A DNA stretch of 64,000 nucleotides from a virus. Position numbers and translations under genes: made by a program. Below, in pieces: positions 1-10,067 of the stretch; position 1 is the first letter of the stretch, and each line of letters begins with the position of its first letter. The notes beneath the pieces were generated by a model, which searched no databases, was not told where the DNA came from, and saw only the letters and a list, made by a program, of their open reading frames with translations. The stretch covers positions 56,105 to 120,104 of IMG/VR virus record IMGVR_UViG_3300028025_003904. The stretch is one strand, 5' to 3'.

Positions 1-1
1 T

Positions 2-379
2 TTGTGAAAATATAACCTTTAAATCATCAATTTGTGTTGTAGATAATTTTTCATCAGGAGTTTTTGCTTTACTAACATCATCTCTTTTTGCCTTTTTAAT
101 AGCAGCTGCGGATGGTTTTTTATATTTTCCAGGATTAGATTTGGCAGTATCTTTACTTACATCATATACATTTCCTGTTTTTACATTTTGGACCGTAACA
201 TCATTTGCTTCACACATTGCTTCAATACAAATATCTTTATATGGTGATAGCTTTGTATCACTAATAATTTCACCCAATATAAAAATATGAGATGGGTTTT
301 TAAAATCAACTATACCAACTCTGTAAGTTAATTCTTCTAATATAATATCATATATTTCTTCTAAATTATCTAAAATCAT
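2..379 (-). CDS. Hypothetical phage protein, truncated by the window edge (MILDNLEEIYDIILEELTYRVG...)
   Basis: Hand-translated open frame from ATG at 379 to the window end. It overlaps the polymerase stop, and a late motif lies at 448-455. Confidence 0.7.
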   Translation of the reverse strand, partial: MILDNLEEIYDIILEELTYRVGIVDFKNPSHIFILGEIISDTKLSPYKDICIEAMCEANDVTVQNVKTGNVYDVSKDTAKSNPGKYKKPSAAAIKKAKRDDVSKAKTPDEKLSTTQIDDLKVIFSQ

Positions 380-1709
380 AATTTTCACCTGTTACTATTG
401 TTGCTGGAAACTCTTTTGAATCTATTATTTTTTCGTATATTTCTTCATATAAATATGTAATTTCGTAATTAGGAACATCAAATACAAATGCATCATAGTT
501 ATACATTATCAGTTTTCCCAATCCTTTATACTTTTCTTTTATTTGTTTTAGGATTTGAATGTTTCGTTCTGTTTCGTATGCTTGAATTACATAGTTTAAT
601 ACTTTTGCTGGTGGTGGATTATCTTCACCAAACTTTTCCTTTTTGATTTGTATATTATAGTGTGGTGTCATCACAAACCCATGTCTATCCAAATCTGCTT
701 TGTATTTTAATGCTAATAAATTTACCTCATTAAAGAATGGCAACTCTTGCATTTCAGAACTTACCCCACCATATATAGATTGGAATACTAATTGTTTTGC
801 CGCATCTCTTGCTCCATCCAAATCAGCTACACCACATATAGCAGCAATCCAATCGTAAAAATCTAATTGACTATTGAATTTACTCATCCATTCTTTAACT
901 CCAATTTGATTTTTAATTAAATCAATAAGTAAATGTGGGTGATATGCTGAATAATCTATACTCACTAACTTACCATCTTTGAATCTACTAACGAATGCCT
1001 TGCGTACATCACTCTTTTTTGGGATGGCTGAATAGTTTACACCGCCATGCCTATTTGAAGGCCGTAGAGTGGAAGTAAATAGGTTATATTCGGTAAATAC
1101 TAACCCATCCTTATTGATATGTTTTTGTGGTAGTAAATCCCTTAATTTTTCATCTACAAATATACCTGATTTTTCTATCCATTGGAATACTTCGGTTGCA
1201 TCTTTTACAAAATTAAATACAGATTCACCAACTCCATCTTCTAATTCATATTGTAATATGTTCTTTATTATACCAACTTGCTTTGATAATGGAATACTAT
1301 CGTTTAAGTTGTTTTGATATTGTTGTGGTGTACTTCGTTTGTAGAATGATTGTATTTCTCTGAATGGTTCTTCTTCGTTTGGTCCGCTTGTAATGAATCT
1401 GTATAAATCAATATCAACCGATTGTTTTAATTCGATTAAATGTTGCACACTCTTACCATTTATGAGTGCTTTACTTCGTGGTGATTCTTCTAATAACTTT
1501 AACGCATCTTCTCTTAAACTTAAACCATCGGTGTGGTTTATATTGATTACATAAAGTTTTTTCATAGAACTAACCACAATGAATGATATGCGATTGTTTA
1601 GAGCATGCTTATCCACATCCGAAAGTTGAATGTAAATTCTACTTGGACGAGTATTAAACTCCAATAAGAAATCATTAAACGATTGAGAATCCTCTATGTA
1701 TATAACCAT
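366..1709 (-). CDS. Divergent family A (PolA-like) DNA polymerase
   Basis: T.RPSN motif, motif A-like VSIDYSAYH, motif B AKQLVFQSIYGG, NYVIQA and motif C-like YNYDAFVFD. Confidence 0.75.
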   Translation of the reverse strand: MVIYIEDSQSFNDFLLEFNTRPSRIYIQLSDVDKHALNNRISFIVVSSMKKLYVININHTDGLSLREDALKLLEESPRSKALINGKSVQHLIELKQSVDIDLYRFITSGPNEEEPFREIQSFYKRSTPQQYQNNLNDSIPLSKQVGIIKNILQYELEDGVGESVFNFVKDATEVFQWIEKSGIFVDEKLRDLLPQKHINKDGLVFTEYNLFTSTLRPSNRHGGVNYSAIPKKSDVRKAFVSRFKDGKLVSIDYSAYHPHLLIDLIKNQIGVKEWMSKFNSQLDFYDWIAAICGVADLDGARDAAKQLVFQSIYGGVSSEMQELPFFNEVNLLALKYKADLDRHGFVMTPHYNIQIKKEKFGEDNPPPAKVLNYVIQAYETERNIQILKQIKEKYKGLGKLIMYNYDAFVFDVPNYEITYLYEEIYEKIIDSKEFPATIVTGENYDFR

Positions 1710-1713
1710 CTTA

Positions 1714-1745
1714 CAAATATAACAAAAAGATTTGGTATATCCAAA
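1714..1745 (-). promoter_or_regulatory. Bacteroidota-type housekeeping promoter (TTTG-N20-TATATTTG)
   Basis: Exact match to the -33 TTTG / -7 TAnnTTTG consensus, ending 4 nt before the polymerase ATG. Confidence 0.7.
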
Positions 1746-2105
1746 TTATCCTCTATAAAATTTTGTAAGGTTTTTCACATAAGTATCTATGTTACCCATA
1801 GTTTCTTGTGCGTAGTTTATGGAACGTTGATTTAGTTGTTCTACCTCAAACTTATTGCCACCTGCTATTTTCCATCTCAAAGTACAAGTCAAATAATTAT
1901 CCATATACTTATATGAATCATAATTACTTTTATCAACTTCGTATATTATACCAGTTACATCATTTCGTTTTCTTACAAAATAGCGTAAGATATAACCCGC
2001 CATATAATCTCTTTCGTTTGGAGACGGTTCGGAGGTTGTTATTCTTTTTTCAATTGTTTTTGAACCAATTTTTAACCCCAAATATGTAGATACATTATTA
2101 TCCAT
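1746..2105 (-). CDS. Hypothetical protein (baseplate region)
   Basis: 119-aa ORF coupled (TAATG) to the upstream baseplate gene. Confidence 0.7.
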   Translation of the reverse strand: MDNNVSTYLGLKIGSKTIEKRITTSEPSPNERDYMAGYILRYFVRKRNDVTGIIYEVDKSNYDSYKYMDNYLTCTLRWKIAGGNKFEVEQLNQRSINYAQETMGNIDTYVKNLTKFYRG

Positions 2106-4141
2106 TAGTTTCCTGGTCTATATTTGAATTTTATACTAGTTTGCCATAATGCAGAATCTACTGTATGATTTACTTCTACTACTTGCAATAACCCTTTACT
2201 ATCGTTAAATGGTAAATCCTCTATATTACATATTTTACCAACCGTAACACCTGATACTCCTAATGTTGTTATTTCTAATTCAATTGGTAGTAATGGATTA
2301 TTTTTTGTAGTACCACTATCCTTTCCAAAATAAAGATATTTTAATAATTGTGTATCTTTTACAGAAACTTTAAATCCATTTTTATCTGTTGGTACATTAA
2401 ATTCAAATTCATTGTGTTTATAACTTATAATAGTGCAATTTTCATCAACTACTCCACTAATTCCAGTCATACCTTCATATGCACCTTCTACTGCACTAAA
2501 TATTTTTTTAATACCTTCCCAAGATTTTTTAGCCAATTCAACCGCTTCATCTGCTAATTTGATTTGGTCTTTTGGAACTCCCGTGCCTCCTACAATTGGT
2601 ATTTTATCAGCTGATTCTTTGTATCCAAAACAATCACACTTATCTGGGTTGTATTCAAAAAATAAATTTTTACCAATTTCTCTATTTTTTTGGTCTCTAT
2701 TTTGTGTCATAGCCATTGCTGCTATTTCTTTTGGTAAATCACTTACAAAATTTACACCCGTAATCGTTGTATTATCTCCAAATAAGTTTAATGTAGATAC
2801 CTTTGGTGGAGTTGGTGGAATTAATGAATAGTCTACAATGGTATATACCATTTTATTCTTATCTTTTGTGGAAGAAACTTGTGGAGCAAGGTCTGTTAAA
2901 CCAGCTGATGCTTTATTTATTTCTGTACATAAATCCGCCAATATATCTTTTGAATTACCATTTGAATGTTTATTAAATAATTCCTCTAAAAATTCTTGCT
3001 TAACATAAATATTTTTTATATACCCCCATCGGCCAGCATCAAAGTTTACAACTCCCCCATCTATATCCCAACTAGTACCAGTTTGTTGTACATACGTTTG
3101 ACCTTTTCCTCTATGCTTTATATCTTGTGTATTTAAAATATCTAATATCAATTTACCATCTGCCGATTTTGTTGGATTTGCTGCTTTTTCATTTGTAAAA
3201 ATTATATTTTCCGAATTACTCAACATATTTGGGTGAGCACAAGCAATAGCTCTATCTATATCTACAATAAACGAATTTTTTTCGCCATTGTTTTTATTTA
3301 TTGTAAAACGGACAATCCATTCCATATCAATATAAATTGAGTCTGATGTGGAATCATATGATAAACCAGCTGCTTCAGCTAATAAAGATGTACCTTTTTC
3401 AACTATACCACGATTAGAATACCCATAGTTAATAAAATGGTCTCTAAACGCATTATAGTTTGATTTTAATTTTTTAAACTCCTCATCTGATAAATTAAAT
3501 AAAGATGAAATTTTACCATCTAATTTTTCTTGTGTAGATGATGCGGTTGTTGAATCTTTATCTTTTACAGTATTTCCAAAAAATGCAGATATTTCATTTT
3601 TACTACCTACTTTAAATATTACATCAACGGTTGCATCATCATTTACAGATATACTAAAATCCATAAGTGGTCCAACTATAATATCTTTTGAATTACCAGC
3701 ACTATTACAATATGTTCTCCATGCACTTACATCATCAACCAATTGTTTAGCCTGACCGCAAGTCAATGGTGATGCATCTTGTGGTGTACCATCTCTTTTC
3801 TTACTCCACCCCCAAACAATAGATTTTGCAGAACCTACTCTAAAAAAGTCCTGATATTGTTTTAGTTGACTCATTGATGCAAACTTAACAGTAACACTAC
3901 CTTCGCGTATTACACCAAGAGAACCTGTTGGTTTTATTTCCAAATTTGTTATTACAGGTGGAAACCTTTCAGTTCCTCTATTACTATATTCGTAACTGGC
4001 GTTTGTACCGATTGTTTTATCTCCGTTATATTCGCTGAATAAAACAAATGGAGCAGCTCCGCTAAATAAAGTCCTTTCTACATTTTGAATTTTTTTCAAA
4101 ATGTCTGACTCTAATGGTGTAAAAAATGGAAAACTATTCAT
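2105..4141 (-). CDS. Putative baseplate hub protein (gp27/GpD-like)
   Basis: Follows the LysM-type gene. C-terminal LEITTLGVSGVTVG...QVVEVNHTVDSALWQTSI resembles hub-type ends. Confidence 0.5.
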   Translation of the reverse strand: MNSFPFFTPLESDILKKIQNVERTLFSGAAPFVLFSEYNGDKTIGTNASYEYSNRGTERFPPVITNLEIKPTGSLGVIREGSVTVKFASMSQLKQYQDFFRVGSAKSIVWGWSKKRDGTPQDASPLTCGQAKQLVDDVSAWRTYCNSAGNSKDIIVGPLMDFSISVNDDATVDVIFKVGSKNEISAFFGNTVKDKDSTTASSTQEKLDGKISSLFNLSDEEFKKLKSNYNAFRDHFINYGYSNRGIVEKGTSLLAEAAGLSYDSTSDSIYIDMEWIVRFTINKNNGEKNSFIVDIDRAIACAHPNMLSNSENIIFTNEKAANPTKSADGKLILDILNTQDIKHRGKGQTYVQQTGTSWDIDGGVVNFDAGRWGYIKNIYVKQEFLEELFNKHSNGNSKDILADLCTEINKASAGLTDLAPQVSSTKDKNKMVYTIVDYSLIPPTPPKVSTLNLFGDNTTITGVNFVSDLPKEIAAMAMTQNRDQKNREIGKNLFFEYNPDKCDCFGYKESADKIPIVGGTGVPKDQIKLADEAVELAKKSWEGIKKIFSAVEGAYEGMTGISGVVDENCTIISYKHNEFEFNVPTDKNGFKVSVKDTQLLKYLYFGKDSGTTKNNPLLPIELEITTLGVSGVTVGKICNIEDLPFNDSKGLLQVVEVNHTVDSALWQTSIKFKYRPGN

Positions 4142-4142
4142 A

Positions 4143-4424
4143 TTAAAATTTTCTTGTAACCGATGATGCGTTGTTTGGGATTCTTAATTGTAATCCCGGT
4201 TCTAATTTTGTATCTATATCTGTAAGATTATTGTATGTTGCTATTACCCACCACAATTTAGAATCACCATAAAATTGATTTGCTAACAAATCTAATCTGT
4301 CATCTTCTTCTGTTATTATTAAAATATCAGAATCAACTGGTTCTATATATGGCAATAATATAGAATTATATACTAATCCTTTAGCATTTTTGTATTCTAC
4401 CGATAAATTACTATATCTTCCCAT
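4143..4424 (-). CDS. LysM-like baseplate wedge protein (gp53/GpX-like)
   Basis: DRLDLLANQFYGDSKLWWVIA...N...PGLQLRIP signature. Confidence 0.8.
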   Translation of the reverse strand: MGRYSNLSVEYKNAKGLVYNSILLPYIEPVDSDILIITEEDDRLDLLANQFYGDSKLWWVIATYNNLTDIDTKLEPGLQLRIPNNASSVTRKF

Positions 4425-4434
4425 ATTTTTTTAA

Positions 4435-6882
4435 TTAATTTTGAGCATTATCAACGGCTCTTACTTTGAAAAGTTTATCTTTACCAAAAATATTCTTTTT
4501 CCAATCACCTGTTTTTGGGTCATATTCTTTCTGTTTTCCCCATTTTGGAGTCTGTACAGGTGAATCATTTGAACTTGGAGTTATTGCTTTGTTTACTGTA
4601 AATGAATTAGATTCAGCTGCATTAGCTGTACCTAATGTGGGTGTGCTAGTTTGTTTCAAATAATCAGCTGCTGCATTTGTTTGTTGAATATCTGCATTTG
4701 CTTCTAGTGTAGGTAAATCTGTTCTTGTTGAATTTAAATATTCTTCTGCTTTTTGTGTATCGTATAAATCATTATCTGCTTCTACAAATGTTTGATATGG
4801 AGACATTTCCCCAGCACCTTTTGGTGTAAATTCAAATTTATTTAAAGCAGTTTTAGGTAACTGAACCATATCTATTGTTGGCATAGATGGTCTAGGTGGT
4901 AGTTGTAAAGGTGGAAGTGGTATTCTACCTTCTTTTTCCAATGTACTATACAAATATCCAGGAGGAGTTATTCCATCATAAAAATTTTCTTTTCTTCCAA
5001 CATTCAAAACTTTATATGTAAAATCCATTTCACACATAAATGGTGATTGTGATTTTTTTTGAATTTCCCATGGTGCATTATCCGGAACTGTCATTGTGCA
5101 ATTAGTCAAAAATCCACTTTCTTCATTTATTAAATTGCCTATTTTCAATTTTAGTAATTTACCAAATATACCCTGATTTGTACCAAATCCAGATGGCTTT
5201 GTTAATTGCATTAATGCATTTACTTTTTTCCAAAGTTCTCCTAATTCAAGTTCGTTTGTAGCATATAATTGAACTTTAAATGATATTTCTCTTTCAAAAC
5301 TTTCATAAAAATAAAACTTGTATGGAGAACCAATGCCTTTGGCTTCTGACCAATTAGGTGTAGGTGTATCTGTTAAACCTGTCAATGTTGACATTAATTT
5401 TATTTCTACTCCTGATTTTCCTTCTATCAAAGTAAAAGATACTTGAATTAAATCATACCCTTTATCATTTAACGCGTCTTTTGATAAATTTCTATGCTCT
5501 TTGTTTATTTTACCAACTAAATTATCACCCGTTCTATTATCGTAACCTCCAAATAATCCAGTATTTACATCATTATCTTCATCATAAGCCATATCCGAAA
5601 ATCTTTTTGGCTTATTTACATTAATTACATCTATAATTTTATACTCACCAGCTCTAGTATTACCAATTGGTGAATTTGTAACATTTAAAAATCCTTCTCT
5701 ATCGTAATAAACTCCACCAAGTTCTACTTTGTCAGTTCGATATGTATTTAAACCCTCTGATTTTGATTGCAATACACTATTTGCTTTTGGAGAATTAAAT
5801 CCTAATGTGGGAACACCATCTACATTATTTCGTTTAATAGCAAGATTATCTAAATCCTGTGTAGTAGCTAAATTTGTAGCATTTACTAAATAATCGTCCT
5901 TTTTGGTAAATGTATAAATTAAATTAGTATCATACAATCTCTTACCAGAATCAGTAACAAAAATATTTAATTTTGCATTATATCTACGAGATGAATTAGC
6001 GTTATATATTATACTTTGTGGGTTTATATTTTCTACTAAATTACCACGAAGATGTTTTGGAACTCCTGGATTATTTTCCGTAACCCCATATAAAGTACCA
6101 TCGTATATTTGGCCAATATTTGGCTTTCTTGCAAATTGAGATTGGTTAAAATTTACACCATTCTGTGGATTAGTATATCCGTTAGATTTATCAAACTTGT
6201 AATTTACTTTTTGACCATTTACTAACCCATCAACATACATAGATGGATACATAGTTTGCTCTCTTTTAACTCCACCTACAATTCCACCTAATAATGTAGG
6301 TTCTTCGGTACCCTGTTTTCCAATTCCCAATTGATTTGCAACACCACCTACTTTTTTCGAAGCATAATCTGCTATAACACTTGTTGCTGCAGGTCCTATG
6401 TTTTGTATATATTGTGTTGGAGTGGCAAATGAACTTAAAAAATTACCAACTGCGGTTTTTTTGTTTTCAACACCACCAGTTAGCATATCAGTATATAGGC
6501 CTTTTGTGGTAGATGTTCCTTCAATTAAATCACTTGGTAATTGTGGTTTAATAGTTTCATTTAATTTGTTATTTAGAAAACTACCAGCACTTTTACCAAT
6601 ACCACCAAGTTTACCTAATCCTTTTTCAATTAAATTACCAGCTACTTTTAATGATTTTTGTTTTAATTTTTTTGTATCTACTTTACCTTGTGTAAGAATA
6701 CGCACCGAATCCGTACCATATATAGTTGGTATGTTTTCAACAAGGTTTTTTAATTGCTTTACATCGTTTGAAAATTTATCATTTGGCTTTGGAGAAAGCA
6801 TATCTGATTTAACATTTCTAGGATTTAAATTATTATCCTGAAAATTGTGTTCGTTCAATAAATCTCTTAATGCTTTTCCCAT
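4435..6882 (-). CDS. Putative baseplate/tail tube initiator protein (gp48/gp54-like domain)
   Basis: Lies between tape measure and LysM genes. Tube-like domain LTDTPTPNWS...FYFYESFEREISFKVQLYA...PWEI. Confidence 0.55.
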   Translation of the reverse strand: MGKALRDLLNEHNFQDNNLNPRNVKSDMLSPKPNDKFSNDVKQLKNLVENIPTIYGTDSVRILTQGKVDTKKLKQKSLKVAGNLIEKGLGKLGGIGKSAGSFLNNKLNETIKPQLPSDLIEGTSTTKGLYTDMLTGGVENKKTAVGNFLSSFATPTQYIQNIGPAATSVIADYASKKVGGVANQLGIGKQGTEEPTLLGGIVGGVKREQTMYPSMYVDGLVNGQKVNYKFDKSNGYTNPQNGVNFNQSQFARKPNIGQIYDGTLYGVTENNPGVPKHLRGNLVENINPQSIIYNANSSRRYNAKLNIFVTDSGKRLYDTNLIYTFTKKDDYLVNATNLATTQDLDNLAIKRNNVDGVPTLGFNSPKANSVLQSKSEGLNTYRTDKVELGGVYYDREGFLNVTNSPIGNTRAGEYKIIDVINVNKPKRFSDMAYDEDNDVNTGLFGGYDNRTGDNLVGKINKEHRNLSKDALNDKGYDLIQVSFTLIEGKSGVEIKLMSTLTGLTDTPTPNWSEAKGIGSPYKFYFYESFEREISFKVQLYATNELELGELWKKVNALMQLTKPSGFGTNQGIFGKLLKLKIGNLINEESGFLTNCTMTVPDNAPWEIQKKSQSPFMCEMDFTYKVLNVGRKENFYDGITPPGYLYSTLEKEGRIPLPPLQLPPRPSMPTIDMVQLPKTALNKFEFTPKGAGEMSPYQTFVEADNDLYDTQKAEEYLNSTRTDLPTLEANADIQQTNAAADYLKQTSTPTLGTANAAESNSFTVNKAITPSSNDSPVQTPKWGKQKEYDPKTGDWKKNIFGKDKLFKVRAVDNAQN

Positions 6883-6886
6883 TTAA

Positions 6887-9589
6887 TTATCCTTGACTAT
6901 TATTTTTAATATTTTGAACATGTCCTTTGTAAATTTGTCTACTATCCAAACTAACAACAACCGCCAAGTTTTTAATATCTGCCCTTAAACCTCTAATTTC
7001 TTCTATCAATCCACCATCTCCACCGTCACCACCGGAGGAATTACCACCTAACATTACATCACCACCCAATGCCATAAATCCACCAACTGCTAACAAACCA
7101 GGAAGTGCCAAAAGAGATGCTCCGGCAAAGGCCATTAACGATGCTGATAATGCAGCAAAGCCACCTGCCATTGCAAGTAATCCTAATGCAGAATCAATTG
7201 ATAATAATGGTAATAACGCCGTCATCATAGATGTTATACTACCTACAATTACTGAAATACCAGTTGCTATTGATGTTATAACACTCGTTATAACTACACC
7301 AATTGCTTGGATTGCTGGAGTCATTAAACTTAATCCATATCCAAATGCAACAAATGCACCTGCTAGTGCAAGTATAACCCCAACACCTAACAATCCAAAA
7401 GTTCCTGCGGTTGCTCCAAATGATACCAATGCAGGTCCTAATAAATTTAATCCAGCTGCTGCGGATGATGCAGCTAATCCGAATAACCCCATCCCAATTG
7501 CACCAGGTATCATAAGTATAAATGCACCTGCGGTTGCTGCTAATGTACCAACTGCGAGAAGTGGAACTGTTGCAAATGATAACAAACCAACTGCCAATTT
7601 AGATAAACCCTTACCAGCCGTTGCTCCAAATGCACCAACTGCCATCATACCAGGTGTACCCAATGATAATAATAATAAAGCAGGACCTGCCAATGCAGTA
7701 TTTAATATACCCATACTAACACCCGGCTTCCCCATAGCTTGAAAACCTTTGGCCATTTGTGTTTGTTGATTTGTGGAACTTTTACTTGGAGGTGTAGTTG
7801 GTGTTATAGCTCCGCCTTTTCCTAAATTTTTAATTGTTTTTATTTCTTTGGTATCCGTTATACCACCAAAACCTTGAAACCCCTTTCCAGTAAGCAATCC
7901 CCCAACTCCTTTTGCAGCATCTTTTAAAAAACTAAATCCTTCTTTGGCATCTGCAACTTGAGATTTAAAGTCTTTCATACCAATCAACATACCACCAATA
8001 CCTTTAACAGCAGTTCCGGTTATACCAGCTCCCATTTCTCTTACCGTAGCGGTAATTGAGTTAAATGAACCTTCTAATTGTCCAACTGGTGTTAATGCTT
8101 TTTTCTCATTTGCAACCATTTGCATTAATTCAGCATTAGATACACCAATAGCCTTTGCCAAAGCTGCTCTTTCAACTGGACCCATTGCTTCTAATTCTGC
8201 CAAAGTACCAGCAGCCTCTATTGCCGCTTTCATTGCTCCAGCACTATCACCTGCAAATGCCAACTCTCTTGCTTTATTTAAATTTATATTTTTACCTATT
8301 ATAACAGATGCTTCCATTTCGGCGGCTACTGATGATTGGTAATCTAATAAACCATCACTTATCTTTGAAGCCGTTGCTAAATCAACACCCAATCTACGAG
8401 CTTGTACTGCTGCTTCCGCTATGTTACTCCCACCATTTTTTGAGTATAATGCAAAGAACTCTGTGTTTTCTGCAATATCTTTCATTACACCCGCAGGAGC
8501 TACACCATTAGCTGATGCCAATTGGGATGCAGCTTCTAACGTATTCATTGCAAATTCAGATGAACGACCTGATAGATTACCAAACTGATTTACTAATGTA
8601 GCCGCTTCTTCCCCACTAACACCCAATCTACCAGTCAATGCACCAACACCAAGACTCAATTTAAGTGTTACATCGTTTGCATCACCCAATTTTTCAGCTA
8701 AAGATGTTACACCTTTTGCTGCATCATCACCCAATAGTTTTGATACTAAAAATGATTGAGATTTTAGTTGGAACATTTGACCAACAGTACCACCAACACT
8801 TTTAGATAAATCATTAAAATCGTCTACCAATCCACCAATGTATATCAATGACATACCAGCCATATTCTTAAACGATGAAAAGAATACCTCAATGGTGGCT
8901 GCTATTTTTTTAAATTGTGTGTTTAAATTATTTAAATCACCATAAACATCACTATAAATATCTTTAATTTCTTTCGATGTATTTGCAATCGAATTTGCTT
9001 CTAATACTATATTTTTTAATGCCCCAATTTGTTTTTGTAAATTTTGAAATGTTTCGTTTTCTTTACCATTTATCAATGCATATGCATCGGCTTGGGTTTG
9101 TAGTAAATTTAAAGATTTTTCAATTTCATTATTTTGTATGCTACGTTCTAAAGTATCCTCTTTATTTAGTGAAGATAATTCAGTAGCTAATGATAGGGTT
9201 TGGTTATATGTTGATGCAAAAGCTGTTAATTCTGCTTTCTTTGCACCAGAGGCGGCTTTGGCAGATGCAGTTAATTTTTGTGAAATGGATAATGTATCCA
9301 TCATTCTACTCTTAAACCCGCTTAATGAATCTGGTATTTGTTTATAAACATCTGCTAAACTTTTAGTTTCTTGTAATTGTTTAGTTTGTTTATCTAATAC
9401 TAAATTTTGAGCATTTCGTATTTTTTTAAAAGCAGATATTGTTTTATTTAATTCAGAATTTATATTGGATATAGCAGTAGATTGGTCACCCAAAGTAGAT
9501 GACAATCCTTTTTTGATTGCATCCAACTCTGTTTGGAAATCTCGTATTTGTTTTACGAGTTTTTCTACATCTTGATTTTGCTTTGCCAT
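6887..9589 (-). CDS. Tape measure protein
   Basis: 900 aa, helical and Ala/Gly-rich, with a long hydrophobic C-terminal region. Downstream of tube and chaperone genes. Confidence 0.8.
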   Translation of the reverse strand: MAKQNQDVEKLVKQIRDFQTELDAIKKGLSSTLGDQSTAISNINSELNKTISAFKKIRNAQNLVLDKQTKQLQETKSLADVYKQIPDSLSGFKSRMMDTLSISQKLTASAKAASGAKKAELTAFASTYNQTLSLATELSSLNKEDTLERSIQNNEIEKSLNLLQTQADAYALINGKENETFQNLQKQIGALKNIVLEANSIANTSKEIKDIYSDVYGDLNNLNTQFKKIAATIEVFFSSFKNMAGMSLIYIGGLVDDFNDLSKSVGGTVGQMFQLKSQSFLVSKLLGDDAAKGVTSLAEKLGDANDVTLKLSLGVGALTGRLGVSGEEAATLVNQFGNLSGRSSEFAMNTLEAASQLASANGVAPAGVMKDIAENTEFFALYSKNGGSNIAEAAVQARRLGVDLATASKISDGLLDYQSSVAAEMEASVIIGKNINLNKARELAFAGDSAGAMKAAIEAAGTLAELEAMGPVERAALAKAIGVSNAELMQMVANEKKALTPVGQLEGSFNSITATVREMGAGITGTAVKGIGGMLIGMKDFKSQVADAKEGFSFLKDAAKGVGGLLTGKGFQGFGGITDTKEIKTIKNLGKGGAITPTTPPSKSSTNQQTQMAKGFQAMGKPGVSMGILNTALAGPALLLLSLGTPGMMAVGAFGATAGKGLSKLAVGLLSFATVPLLAVGTLAATAGAFILMIPGAIGMGLFGLAASSAAAGLNLLGPALVSFGATAGTFGLLGVGVILALAGAFVAFGYGLSLMTPAIQAIGVVITSVITSIATGISVIVGSITSMMTALLPLLSIDSALGLLAMAGGFAALSASLMAFAGASLLALPGLLAVGGFMALGGDVMLGGNSSGGDGGDGGLIEEIRGLRADIKNLAVVVSLDSRQIYKGHVQNIKNNSQG

Positions 9590-9595
9590 TTATTA

Positions 9596-9799
9596 TTAAA
9601 ATCCGTGCTTTTTCATTATACTACGAAATTCTTCGTTTTCATCACTCATACGTTTCATAGCATTTACCACTTCAACTGGTGCTCCCGCTTTTTTAGCTGC
9701 TGCTGCATATCTATCAGCTACACCTTGTTGTAATCCTTTGAAAAAATTATCAACAATTTTTACTAAAATTCCTTCTTTTAGTTGTTTTTTATTATCCAT
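9596..9799 (-). CDS. Hypothetical protein
   Basis: 67-aa ORF with its own late motif at 9819-9826. Confidence 0.7.
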   Translation of the reverse strand: MDNKKQLKEGILVKIVDNFFKGLQQGVADRYAAAAKKAGAPVEVVNAMKRMSDENEEFRSIMKKHGF

Positions 9800-9818
9800 A
9801 ATACTAGATTTATTCTTA

Positions 9819-9827
9819 TATAAATAT
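9819..9827 (-). promoter_or_regulatory. Putative late promoter ATATTTATA (tape measure operon)
   Basis: Recurrent intergenic 9-mer. Confidence 0.65.
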
Positions 9828-9835
9828 CCATAAAC

Positions 9836-9866
9836 AAAAAAAGTTAGGATTTTATCTCCTAACTTT
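9836..9866 (-). terminator. Rho-independent terminator
   Basis: AAAGTTAGGA/TCCTAACTTT inverted repeat followed by a T-run on the minus strand. Confidence 0.6.
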
Positions 9867-10067
9867 ACTATTTGCTTTACTGATTTGCTCTTGTTCTGCT
9901 TTTTTAATTTTCATTAAATTATTCACATACAACCTTCTTATATGTAGTGGTAGATTATAAACATCCGAAAATGTAAATCCACCACTACTACCCATTATCA
10001 AAAAGAATATCTCTTCGTGTAGCTTTAAACTATAATCAGTTGGAAGGGTAAAAAAAGTTAATCCCAA
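9852..10067 (-). CDS. Tail assembly chaperone C-terminal ('T') part, probably reached by frameshift
   Basis: The available start is TTG. It overlaps the upstream gene across a T7 run and carries GGFTFSDVYNLP...R. Confidence 0.55.
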   Translation of the reverse strand: MGLTFFTLPTDYSLKLHEEIFFLIMGSSGGFTFSDVYNLPLHIRRLYVNNLMKIKKAEQEQISKANSKVRR

